From an uncultured archaeon (GTDB lineage Archaea; Aenigmatarchaeota; Aenigmatarchaeia; QMZP01): a DNA stretch of 48,805 nucleotides. Under the pieces are notes generated by a model. The model was not told where the DNA came from, did not search any database, and saw only the letters and a list, made by a program, of their open reading frames with translations. Positions 1-8,003 of this stretch are shown piece by piece. How positions within the stretch are numbered: position 1 is the stretch's first letter; each line of letters begins with the position of its first letter. Location: contig CAZIAB010000002.1 of NCBI GenBank assembly GCA_964537525.1, positions 1 to 48,805 on the forward strand. The letters run 5' to 3'. The position numbers and the translations under genes are program-made.

Positions 1-138
1 CAGTTTCCCGTCTTGGACATACTGTTTAAAGACGGGTGTCTGATAACAGTTTCCCGTCTTGGACATACTGTTTAAAGACGGGTGTCTGATAACAGTTTCC
101 CGTCTTGGACATGTCGGTTAAGGACGGGCGCCGATGGA
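1..138. repeat. 46-bp tandem direct repeat: two identical units (1-46, 47-92) plus a degenerate third (93-138); each unit contains a hairpin; array truncated by the window edge
   Basis: The unit cagtttcccgtcttggacatactgtttaaagacgggtgtctgataa is repeated head-to-tail with no spacer. Stem is cccgtctt/aagacggg. The third copy keeps the first 20 nt and the stem arms. Confidence 0.9.
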
Positions 139-147
139 GGGGTGTTA

Positions 148-1188
148 ATGTCAATGGAATCTACCTTGAAGAAGTTCAGCGAGTCCGAATCAATATCTGG
201 TTTTGAAAGGAACATAAGGGAAATCATGATTAAGGAGATGAAGCCCTACGTGGATGAGATAAGGGTCGACAAAATAGGAAACCTCATAGCGAGGAAGGGA
301 AAGGGCTCCCCCAAGATAATGGTGGCAGCCCACATGGACCAGATAGGCCTTATAGTGAAGAGTATTACCAAGGAGGGCTTCATAAACTTCGAGACAGTCG
401 GCGGGTGGGACCCGAGGGTCCTGCCGACGTGCAAGGTAAAGATTAACGGCTCAAAGGGAAGCGTCGTCGGCGTGGTTGGCTCAAAGCCGCCGCATCTCCA
501 GGAAATTGAGGAGATGAAGCTTCCATACAAGAAGAAGGAACTCTTCATTGACATGGGCGCCTCCTCTGACAAGGAGGTGGAGAAGGCAGGAGTCTCCGTG
601 GGCGACTTCATCACAAGGCATTCCGAATTCAGCGGCATGGCCGGTTCCAGGGTCACAGGACCCGGCCTTGACAACAGGGCAGGGTGCACGATAATGGTTG
701 AGGCCCTTAAGCGCCTCAAGAGCTTCAAGGGGACGGTGTATCTTGTGGGAACGATACAGGAGGAGATAGGCCTCATAGGCATAAGGGGGGCAACCTTCGG
801 CATAGACCCCGACGTCGCCATAGCCATTGACACCACCATAGCGGGCGACACGCCAGGGATAACAGATTCAGAGTCCGCGATAAAGCTCGGGAAGGGCCCG
901 GTCATCGGGCTCAAGGACGCTGTAAGCTTCACGAACCCCCTCGTCAAGAAATGGCTGACAGAGACGGCAAAGGCATCAAAGATAGAAGTGCAGTTTGACA
1001 TCGTATCCGGGGGCGCGGCAGACTCTTCCATAATTCCTACCGTCAGGGAGGGGATACCGTCCGGCATACTCCAGATAGCGACCAGATACATCCACACCGC
1101 CGCAGAGGTGCTTGACATGAAGGACATGGAACAGTGCGTGAAGTTAACGGTCAATGCCATCGGGTCCTGCCACAAGTACTTCAAGTAA
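148..1188 (+). CDS. M42-family (TET/FrvX-type) aminopeptidase
   Basis: ORF 82..1188. Start moved to ATG 148 because GGAGGGG lies just upstream and the 5' part of the ORF is the tandem repeat. Motifs AAHMDQIGL, GLDNRAGC, QEEIGLIGIRGA. Confidence 0.8.
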   Translation: MSMESTLKKFSESESISGFERNIREIMIKEMKPYVDEIRVDKIGNLIARKGKGSPKIMVAAHMDQIGLIVKSITKEGFINFETVGGWDPRVLPTCKVKINGSKGSVVGVVGSKPPHLQEIEEMKLPYKKKELFIDMGASSDKEVEKAGVSVGDFITRHSEFSGMAGSRVTGPGLDNRAGCTIMVEALKRLKSFKGTVYLVGTIQEEIGLIGIRGATFGIDPDVAIAIDTTIAGDTPGITDSESAIKLGKGPVIGLKDAVSFTNPLVKKWLTETAKASKIEVQFDIVSGGAADSSIIPTVREGIPSGILQIATRYIHTAAEVLDMKDMEQCVKLTVNAIGSCHKYFK

Positions 1189-1200
1189 TGATAAAACAGA

Positions 1201-1233
1201 CAGCTGCATTTAACCGATTGGATAAATGCAGCC
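1201..1233. repeat. Hairpin repeat, family H copy 1 (9-bp stem gctgcattt/aaatgcagc; loop carries ccgattggat = ATCCAATCGG on the minus strand)
   Basis: Perfect inverted repeat 12 nt after the peptidase stop, in the convergent gap. Near-identical copies at 11624-11653 and 45904-45936. Confidence 0.8.
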
Positions 1234-1333
1234 AACTACCGAGGAGAAAATCATGTCAATTGAAAGCAAGATTCCCATAAAGGTCATGGGCAGGCATATA
1301 AGGGTAGTCTTTATATAAAGAACCAGAACCCCG

Positions 1334-1714
1334 TCAGACGAACTTCACACCCCTCGCAGACGGTATGAGTTCCAGCTCGCCCTTATATTTCTCTACCCTT
1401 CCCTCTATGTTGAGGGTCCTGTTGTTCCTTATCCTCTTGCTTCCTGTAAGCTCCATCTGCATCGCGACGTCCTTCCAGAGGACTACCTTTATCTCCCCTG
1501 TCCCGTCATCCAGCGTGAAGAAGACGTGCCCGTCCTTGTGGAAATAGACACCCACTGCCTTACCGCTCACATTGACCGCTGAACCAACCATGGAAGAATC
1601 TATCTCACCTATCATTATCTCGTTCTGGAGACCGAAGAAAGAATAAACATACAGCAGTAAAATGCCAATGACTGCCCCGAGGAGGCAAAACCTGTTCAGA
1701 GAGCTCTCCTTCAC
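1334..1714 (-). CDS. Membrane-anchored OB-fold (nucleic-acid-binding type) protein
   Basis: N-terminal TM helix (FCLLGAVIGILLLYVYSFF) followed by an OB-like core (VNVSGKAVGV...FFTLDDGTGEIKVVLW...IEGRVEKYKGELELI). Confidence 0.55.
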   Translation of the reverse strand: MKESSLNRFCLLGAVIGILLLYVYSFFGLQNEIMIGEIDSSMVGSAVNVSGKAVGVYFHKDGHVFFTLDDGTGEIKVVLWKDVAMQMELTGSKRIRNNRTLNIEGRVEKYKGELELIPSARGVKFV

Positions 1715-1726
1715 ATCAACACCAAA

Positions 1727-2284
1727 TCAATATTCACGCAGGGAAAATGATTTATAATCGCTATATACAGGACCCATCCCCGTCAGAACGCTGCTCTTTA
1801 TCTTAACTTCCTTCACATGAACCTCGCCGAACTTCACGCCTTTCATGTTCTCCAGCTCGTCAGCGAGGCCTGAATTCTCACGCGCGTACCTTACCCTTGC
1901 AATGGTCAGGTGGGGTACGGGCTCGTGCTCGTCACCCCTTATGTAATCGAGCCTTTCCTGAATATCCTTCATCATATCCTGCAGCCTTTCCGTCCCTTCC
2001 TTCACAGCAATCCACACGACCCTTATGTCATTCCTCTTCCCGAAGTATCCAACGCCATCAAGCGTGAAGCTGAACCGTGAATGTTTCTTCACAACATCAT
2101 CAGCATCTTCACACAGCCTCTTTAACAGTTCCTCGTTAACGTCACCAAGGAACTTCAGGGTTATGTGAAGGTTCCCTGGCTCAACGAATCTTGCCCGAAA
2201 ACCCATCCCTTTCAGCTTCTCCATGGACTCCGCTATTCTCCCCCTTGCCTCATCATCTATTTCAACTGCAATGAAAAGCCGCAT
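1727..2284 (-). CDS. thpR: RNA 2',3'-cyclic phosphodiesterase (2H phosphoesterase, ThpR/LigT family)
   Basis: 185 aa with two H-x-T-x motifs (HITLKF, HLTIAR), the typical length and layout of the family. Confidence 0.8.
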   Translation of the reverse strand: MRLFIAVEIDDEARGRIAESMEKLKGMGFRARFVEPGNLHITLKFLGDVNEELLKRLCEDADDVVKKHSRFSFTLDGVGYFGKRNDIRVVWIAVKEGTERLQDMMKDIQERLDYIRGDEHEPVPHLTIARVRYARENSGLADELENMKGVKFGEVHVKEVKIKSSVLTGMGPVYSDYKSFSLREY

Positions 2285-2320
2285 ACTATCTATTTTACAT
2301 GCCTCATTTAAATTTATTCA

Positions 2321-2367
2321 CTTCACGCACGTTTTATATTCCATTTCCCCTCGTGAACTTCACGCAC
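2321..2367. promoter_or_regulatory. Direct repeat cttcacgcac x2 (2321-2330, 2358-2367), each followed by an A/T-rich TATA-like box, in the thpR / AAA-ATPase divergent intergenic region
   Basis: cttcacgcacgttttatatt and cttcacgcacaataaagcttttaaaa; a third partial match aacttcacaag lies at 2411-2421. Confidence 0.4.
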
Positions 2368-2444
2368 AATAAAGCTTTTAAAACCTAACCCTTAATTCTT
2401 ATCTGTGAAAAACTTCACAAGTTCATACGAACCCCGTGATTGTG

Positions 2445-3506
2445 ATGTACCTGGAAAAGGCAAAAAAGATGTTCGGTTGGGATTCAAACCCTTTCAGTTT
2501 CAAGATTCTTCCGGACCTCTTCGTGGGATACGAGAAGGAGGTCAACAAGATATCCGCAGGCATAGAGAACGGGAGCAAGTTCTCCCTGCTCATCGGACCG
2601 ACGGGTTCGGGAAAGACCACGATGATGAAGCACCTGGTGGACATGTTCGATGAGAATTACAAGCACATAATATACATCGCTAAGCCTCCAAGAAACCCCT
2701 CCGATTGGGTTGACGTCTTTTCTGACTTCACAAGGAAGGGATTCCTTTCCTCGCTCCTTTCGCGCCCTGACACCAACATATACAACCTCGCTGACAGGAT
2801 AAGCAGCAGGATAGGGTCTGAGAAGATGCTCCTCTTCGTTGACGAGTCGCACGAGGCCTCTGTCGAGAGCTTTGAGTGGCTGAGAGCTCTCACAGACCAG
2901 ATAGACAACATGTACCTGGTCATGGCAGGCCTCCCTGTTTTCGAGGGAACCATGAAGTCGAGGCTCGAGAGCCTCATGAGAAGGGTGAGCACGAGGATTG
3001 AGCTCACCAACCTCACGAAGACAGAGACAAGGGAGCTGATAAAGAAAAGGATTGAAAACATAGGGGGAGACGACATAAGGCCCTTCACAGGAGACTCCAT
3101 AGAATTTATATACTCGAGGACAGCCGGGTTCCCCAGGGAGATACTGCGTACATGCAGCGATTTCGTCCAGAAGGCAATGGAGAAGAACATAAGCACCGTG
3201 GACATTGACTTCCTCAGGGAGATGGACGAGCCCCAGCCCAGGGTTAGCCTCGAATCCCTGGACTCGATACCAGAGAGGCAGCGGAGAATCCTCGAGGTCC
3301 TCTCCAGGGGTGAGATGACACCCTCTGAGATAATATCAAACCTCGAGAGCATCGACGAATACAAGAACAGGGACAATGCGCTCCGCTCTGTCAACAACCT
3401 CCTCGGGAGGCTCAGGAAGGAAGGCCTCGTCGAGAGGAAGAGGGTAGGAAAGACATACAAGTACCAGATAGCCAGGAAATACCAGACAATGCTGGTGGAA
3501 ACCTAG
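2445..3506 (+). CDS. ExeA-like AAA+ ATPase (AAA_22 type) with C-terminal winged-helix domain
   Basis: Walker A GPTGSGKT, Walker B LLFVDESH, N-terminal FGWDSNPF as in ExeA-like proteins. C-terminal wHTH-like segment (RQRRILEVLSRGEMTPSEI...LRKEGLVERKRVGKTYKY). ATG 2445 preferred over GTG 2436. Confidence 0.65.
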   Translation: MYLEKAKKMFGWDSNPFSFKILPDLFVGYEKEVNKISAGIENGSKFSLLIGPTGSGKTTMMKHLVDMFDENYKHIIYIAKPPRNPSDWVDVFSDFTRKGFLSSLLSRPDTNIYNLADRISSRIGSEKMLLFVDESHEASVESFEWLRALTDQIDNMYLVMAGLPVFEGTMKSRLESLMRRVSTRIELTNLTKTETRELIKKRIENIGGDDIRPFTGDSIEFIYSRTAGFPREILRTCSDFVQKAMEKNISTVDIDFLREMDEPQPRVSLESLDSIPERQRRILEVLSRGEMTPSEIISNLESIDEYKNRDNALRSVNNLLGRLRKEGLVERKRVGKTYKYQIARKYQTMLVET

Positions 3507-3570
3507 TATACATAATGCTTAAATAGCTTCCCATTAATAATCAACAGCATTTATCAAAGGAGGGTTTTGG

Positions 3571-3831
3571 ATGGAAGAGAGAATAAAGAGCAAGGAGCTT
3601 ATTGGCAAGATCCTCATATCAGAGGAGACTGGAAAGAAATTCGGCGTAATCGGGGACCTGGATTACATAACAGAATCCGGCGAGCTCATAAATCTGGCTC
3701 TCAGTGAAACCACGTCACACGCAACGAACCTCAACCTGCAGAAGGATGAAAAGAACAGGTTTCTCGTTCCGTTTTCTGCGGTCAAGTCTGTAGGGGATTT
3801 CGTCATCGTCGCTGAGAAGGACATAGTCTAA
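3571..3831 (+). CDS. PRC-barrel domain protein
   Basis: 86 aa; ELIGKILISEETGKKFGVIGDLDYITESGELINLAL pattern typical of PRC barrels; GGAGGG SD at about 3559-3564. Confidence 0.6.
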   Translation: MEERIKSKELIGKILISEETGKKFGVIGDLDYITESGELINLALSETTSHATNLNLQKDEKNRFLVPFSAVKSVGDFVIVAEKDIV

Positions 3832-3843
3832 ATCCATGTTTCG

Positions 3844-3849
3844 TTTTTT
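3844..3849 (+). terminator. T6 run downstream of the PRC-barrel gene (archaeal oligo-T terminator candidate)
   Basis: cgttttttat lies 13 nt after the stop, between convergent genes. Confidence 0.35.
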
Positions 3850-3860
3850 ATCAGGACTGG

Positions 3861-5534
3861 TTACCTCAGGTGCCGGAGTATTGTCCTGTTCTTCTTTGAG
3901 CTTATGAAATGATCCAGTTTCCTGACCAGGGTCCCACCGCTCACGAAGTCAGGAACCACCACGAAATCCGCCCCTGCCCTGTATAGGGCATTCGCGTCAT
4001 CCTCGGAATGTGCCCTTGCATATATCTTTATGGAGGGGTTGAACCTCTTTGCCTTACCCACTATGAATCCGGATACCTCGACGTCGGGGATGGTCACGAC
4101 CGCAAGCTTTGCCTTGTAGAGGCCGGTCTCCTTGAGCAGGTCCTCGTTGTACGCATCTCCATACATCGTATATACACCATCCCTGCTGAGGTTCCTTATT
4201 ATCTCGGGATTGTGCTCCGTTACTATGAAACTGGCCTTCTTGCTCTTGAGGTAATCGATTACCTTGCTCCCCATGACGTCACACCCGAACACAACGACGT
4301 GATTCTTCAGTGCCTTCTTCGGTTTCTTCTCTATCTTCCTTATGTGGGTGGGCGTGGAAAGGCTCTCGGGCAGACGGAATTTCCTGTCTGAGAAGAACCT
4401 GTGTATGTCGTGCCTGAATCTCATGGTGTATGGCGTGATGACCATTGAGAGGACAACGAGGCTGATTATCAGGGAATACGTCCCGCTATCCAGGTGACCC
4501 AGAAGAAGGCCGTTAGCAGCGATTATGAAGGAGAACTCGCTCGCCTGCCCCAGGCCGATTCCTATTATCGTCGCGTTCCTTCCGCCGTATCCCAACAGCA
4601 GATATGTAACAGAGAGTATTATTGGCTTCATTATAACTATGATAACCAGGAAAACAAAAAACGGGATTATCATGCTGGATATGACAGAGAGGCTCAGTTG
4701 CATCCCCAGTGACGTGAAGAATATGACCGAGAAGAAATCCCTGAGGGAATGCATCTCCCCGAATATTTCCAGGTTATACGGGAACTGGGCGAGGGCTATC
4801 CCGCCGATGAACGCCCCTATGGCTATCGAAAATCCGAGCGTATATGCAAGGCCTATGAATATGAAGCAAACCGCAATCGCGGTAAGGAACAGCAGCTCAT
4901 GGTTGTTTGCCGCATAATCCAGTACCTTCCTGAATATGAACCTGTTGAGGACGATTGCTATTGAAAAGAGACCGAAACCCTTCACTATCATCAGCGCGAA
5001 CATGTCCCAGGAAAGCATTATGCTCATGTCAGCCAGGATTGGAAGGACGGCTATCACTATGAGGTCCTGGAGTATCAGGATGCCCAGCATTATCCTGCCA
5101 TGCAACGTATTGACCTGCCTCTTATCAACCAGTATTTTCGCAACTATCATCGTGCTGCTGAAGGAAACAAGAAGACCGATGTATATTGATACGATGAAAC
5201 TGAAATTGAACATCAGCGAAAAGACAAAACCAAGTATAAAGGTAAGCCCCATCTGGATAATCCCGCCAACCGTTGCAGCAGTCCCGACGCTCCTCAACTT
5301 CCTGAAATCTATCTCCAGCCCTATGGCGAACAGCAGGAAAGCAATGCCAATCTCGGCGAGCACGTTCATCTCTTCTATGTTCGTTATGAGGCCGAACCCA
5401 AGAGGTCCTATAATCACCCCGGCCAGGACGTACGCAACGATGAAAGGCTGCCTGAGAAGGCGCGCAAAGTATGCAAATACAGTGGCCACTGTTATCAGCA
5501 GCGCTATATCGATTATAAGGAGGCTCTCTGCCAT
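3861..5534 (-). CDS. CPA2-family monovalent cation:proton antiporter (Kef-type) with C-terminal RCK/TrkA-N domain
   Basis: 557 aa; about 12 TM helices followed by a soluble Rossmann-like domain (HVVVFGCDVMGSKVIDYL...AKLAVVTIPD). Confidence 0.8.
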   Translation of the reverse strand: MAESLLIIDIALLITVATVFAYFARLLRQPFIVAYVLAGVIIGPLGFGLITNIEEMNVLAEIGIAFLLFAIGLEIDFRKLRSVGTAATVGGIIQMGLTFILGFVFSLMFNFSFIVSIYIGLLVSFSSTMIVAKILVDKRQVNTLHGRIMLGILILQDLIVIAVLPILADMSIMLSWDMFALMIVKGFGLFSIAIVLNRFIFRKVLDYAANNHELLFLTAIAVCFIFIGLAYTLGFSIAIGAFIGGIALAQFPYNLEIFGEMHSLRDFFSVIFFTSLGMQLSLSVISSMIIPFFVFLVIIVIMKPIILSVTYLLLGYGGRNATIIGIGLGQASEFSFIIAANGLLLGHLDSGTYSLIISLVVLSMVITPYTMRFRHDIHRFFSDRKFRLPESLSTPTHIRKIEKKPKKALKNHVVVFGCDVMGSKVIDYLKSKKASFIVTEHNPEIIRNLSRDGVYTMYGDAYNEDLLKETGLYKAKLAVVTIPDVEVSGFIVGKAKRFNPSIKIYARAHSEDDANALYRAGADFVVVPDFVSGGTLVRKLDHFISSKKNRTILRHLR

Positions 5535-5640
5535 GTTACCTGCTATATACTTGACAGCGCCAGATAATAAATCAATGCCGCTGAATGGTCGCCAAACCAG
5601 GTAAATCAGAATTCTTTTTCAAACATGCACGTTCAGGCCT

Positions 5641-5649
5641 TTTTATATA
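5641..5649 (+). promoter_or_regulatory. TATA-like box for SBP1 (about 27 nt upstream of ATG 5676; leaderless-type spacing)
   Basis: ttttatata. The same spacing recurs at 8126-8137 (sensor 1), 11729-11737 (Nudix), 13426-13436 (HK), 15805-15812 (DUF373), 28819-28830 (nth), 34157-34166 (MNT) and 38105-38112 (arcC). Confidence 0.45.
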
Positions 5650-5675
5650 CCCTTTAACAAATATATAAAGGACAC

Positions 5676-6668
5676 ATGAAAACAGCAAGAAAATACCTCG
5701 TTGCAGTCTCTATCATAGCCGTTTTATTATCAAGCGGCTGCGTCCAGGAGGATGAAAGGGTCTATCGCGTGGGCATCCTCTCCGGGCTGGATTTCTTTAC
5801 GGTAATAGGAGACACATTTAAGGAAGAGATGACCAAACTGGGCTATGTGGAGAATGAGAACATTATTTATGACATCCAGAAAACAAACTTTGAACCCGAG
5901 AGGGAGAAAGAAATACTGGAAAAATTCGTAGATGATGATGTTGACCTGATATTCGCTTTCCCCACAGAGGTGGCATTGGCTGCCAAGGAAGCAACAGAAG
6001 GGACGGATATTCCTGTCTTGTTTGCCGCTGCTTTCACAGAAGGGAACGACCTTATTGACAGCGTAACCCAGCCAGGGGGGCATATTACTGGTGTACGTTA
6101 TCCGGGCACCGACGTAGCTGTCAGGCGTCTCGAAGTATTGCACGATATAATGCCCGATGCCAAGAGGGTTTGGCTGCCATACCAGAAAGAATATCCAGCC
6201 GTCCCCGCCGAACTGGAGCTTGTAAGACCAGCCGCCCAATCCTTGGGAATAACCCTTATAGAGTTTCCTGTCACTAACCAGACACATCTGCAGGAAGAGC
6301 TGCAGAACCGTGAGGATTCAGACAATTTTGACTTTGATGCTGTGTTATACATACCAGAATCCCTTTCCACTACCCAATCTGTTTTTGAATTGATTGCCAA
6401 TTTCACAAGAGAGCGCAAGATACCTATTATGGGAACCAAAATCCTGACAGAGGATTACGGGACTGTCTTTGGTGTCACTACCAATAATCCTGATTTTGGT
6501 ATATTGGCCGCACCCATGGCTGACAAGATCTTAAGAGGCACCCAAGCCGGCACAATTCCTGTTGCCTCGCCCGAGTCCAAGCTCATAATCAATTACAAAG
6601 CAGCAGAAGAGCTGGGCATAACCCTGCCCGAGGGCCTGCTGGCCATGGCAGATGACATAATACGTTAA
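5676..6668 (+). CDS. ABC-transporter-type substrate-binding lipoprotein (ABC_sub_bind / PF04392-like), paralogue 1
   Basis: Signal peptide with lipobox-like LLSSGC. Family pattern VYRVGILSG...VDLIFAFPTE...IPVLFAA...PGGHITGVRYPG...MPDAKRVWLPY...ILRGTQAGTIPV. Confidence 0.75.
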   Translation: MKTARKYLVAVSIIAVLLSSGCVQEDERVYRVGILSGLDFFTVIGDTFKEEMTKLGYVENENIIYDIQKTNFEPEREKEILEKFVDDDVDLIFAFPTEVALAAKEATEGTDIPVLFAAAFTEGNDLIDSVTQPGGHITGVRYPGTDVAVRRLEVLHDIMPDAKRVWLPYQKEYPAVPAELELVRPAAQSLGITLIEFPVTNQTHLQEELQNREDSDNFDFDAVLYIPESLSTTQSVFELIANFTRERKIPIMGTKILTEDYGTVFGVTTNNPDFGILAAPMADKILRGTQAGTIPVASPESKLIINYKAAEELGITLPEGLLAMADDIIR

Positions 6669-6826
6669 TCAGCTGTGCCATTGCATGAAGGGAGAGTCAG
6701 ACCCGCTACATAAAAATCTCATAACTTGCCGGTAGTCTTCCCAAACACCCAAAAACGCATTTTTAAATACTCGATACAATCTAAATTGGTTGCTTTTGCT
6801 TAGCGTATGCGCTGGTGGGTGAACCT

Positions 6827-6943
6827 ATGCCTTTGGAAGAGCTTGAGAACCGGAAGAAGAAAAAGAAGAAGCCGGAAGAAGAGGAGTTCGACGAGTGGTG
6901 GTACAAGTCAACCCATGACGAGGGAGGACCCCATGAAGAATGA
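6827..6943 (+). CDS. Candidate small ORF (38 aa, Lys/Glu-rich: MPLEELENRKKKKKKPEEEEFDEWWYKSTHDEGGPHEE)
   Basis: ATG preceded by GGTGGGTGA (SD-like) 7 nt upstream. Below the ORF-track length cutoff. No recognisable family. Confidence 0.2.
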   Translation: MPLEELENRKKKKKKPEEEEFDEWWYKSTHDEGGPHEE

Positions 6944-6997
6944 ATCACTCCAACTCGGACCTCAGCGTCAGTGAGAAGAATTTTTACTTCCGAAGAA

Positions 6998-7933
6998 CTA
7001 AACGTCCCTGACTCCCTCTTTGATGACCTTGAAGACCGTTTCTCCTTCGGGAAGAGATGGGGAGTCAATGAGCTTCGCTATCCTCTTGGTATCCTTGCTC
7101 TTGCGGAGATAGATGCGGAAAGTTGCCTGGTGACCCAGTATATGCCCTCCAATGGGTGCGGTCGGGTCGCCGAAGAGGACGTCAGGCCTCGACATCACCT
7201 GATTGGTCACGTAAATGGCGAGGTTATGGACGTCAGCCAGCCTCTGGAGGGTGTGGAGGTGCCTGTTCAGCTTCTGCTGCCTGTTCGCCAGGGTCCCCCT
7301 TCCCGTGTAGTCGCTCCTGAACGATGATGTCAAAGAATCAACTATTATGACCTTCACGTTATTCTTCTTTATGAACTCCTCTGCCTTCTCCACAAGGATG
7401 ACCTGGTGGTCAGAGTTATATGCCCTGGCAACGAGGATGTTCTCCAGCACCTTCTTGGGGTCAAGACCGAGACCCTCTGCCATCTCTATTATCCTCTCGG
7501 GACGGAAGGTCTGCTCGCTGTCAATGAAGATTGCCTTGCCGCCCAACCCTCCTTTGTCCTTGGGCAGCTGGACGGTTACGGCCAATTGGTGAGCGAGCTG
7601 CGACTTGCCGCTCCCGAAGGCCCCGTGGGTCTCTGTTATTGCCTGGGTCTCTATGCCCCCGCCAAGCAATTCATCGAGTGTCTTAGAGCCCGTGGTTATC
7701 TTCCCGACCGCTCCCCTCTTCTTCAGGACGATTGTTGCAGATTCAAAACCCATCTGCATCGCATCCCTCGCAGATGCGATAATCTTCCCGGCCGTCTCCT
7801 CGCCCACGCCTGCTGCGTCAACCAGCTCTCCCGCAGAGGCGGCTGCTATTGACATCAGGGTATCATAACCGGCTTCCCTCAGCTTCTCGGCCGTCTTCTC
7901 GCCCACACCATCAAGCTTTTCGAGTTCGCTCAT
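6998..7933 (-). CDS. radA: DNA repair and recombination protein RadA
   Basis: N-terminal HhH ([17 protein letters not shown]), Walker A GAFGSGKS, Walker B VKVIIVDS, full-length RadA pattern. ATG 7933 with GGAGG 5 nt upstream preferred over TTG 7945. Confidence 0.9.
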   Translation of the reverse strand: MSELEKLDGVGEKTAEKLREAGYDTLMSIAAASAGELVDAAGVGEETAGKIIASARDAMQMGFESATIVLKKRGAVGKITTGSKTLDELLGGGIETQAITETHGAFGSGKSQLAHQLAVTVQLPKDKGGLGGKAIFIDSEQTFRPERIIEMAEGLGLDPKKVLENILVARAYNSDHQVILVEKAEEFIKKNNVKVIIVDSLTSSFRSDYTGRGTLANRQQKLNRHLHTLQRLADVHNLAIYVTNQVMSRPDVLFGDPTAPIGGHILGHQATFRIYLRKSKDTKRIAKLIDSPSLPEGETVFKVIKEGVRDV

Positions 7934-8003
7934 CTTCCTCCACAATACATGATTATCATCTTCCTTTAAATACCTTGGGATAGTACCGTTCCGCTATTCC
8001 GCT

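Noticed and set aside
1-138. Possible CRISPR array at the window start
   Set aside because: Units are directly adjacent 46-mers with identical internal sequence. There are no unique spacers and no cas genes in the window, so this is a tandem repeat, not CRISPR.
82-147. N-terminal extension of the peptidase ORF (MSDNSFPSWTCRLRTGADGGVL)
   Set aside because: It is a translation of the tandem repeat. A good SD plus ATG is at 148, and the family alignment starts there.
246-1235. 329-aa ORF antisense to the M42 peptidase. Similar long shadow ORFs occur at 2657..3460, 4936..5604, 12294..12956, 13341..14048, 20037..20612, 24247..24822, 24975..25955 and 30425..31141.
   Set aside because: Each lies fully inside a gene with clear family motifs on the other strand. 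Their products are low-complexity (Ser/Pro/Leu/Met-rich) with no motifs. They are explained by the purine-rich, AGG/GAG/AAG-biased sense codons, which rarely create antisense stop codons.
6669-6826. Searched the larger intergenic gaps (6669-6997, 13244-13452, 16895-17417, 19135-19400, 31726-31934, 36042-36170, 45753-45958) for tRNA, rRNA or C/D-box sRNA genes
   Set aside because: I found no cloverleaf-compatible sequence with GTTCRAAT-like T-loops and no RUGAUGA/CUGA box pairs at sRNA spacing by eye. A tRNAscan/Infernal run would be needed to be certain.
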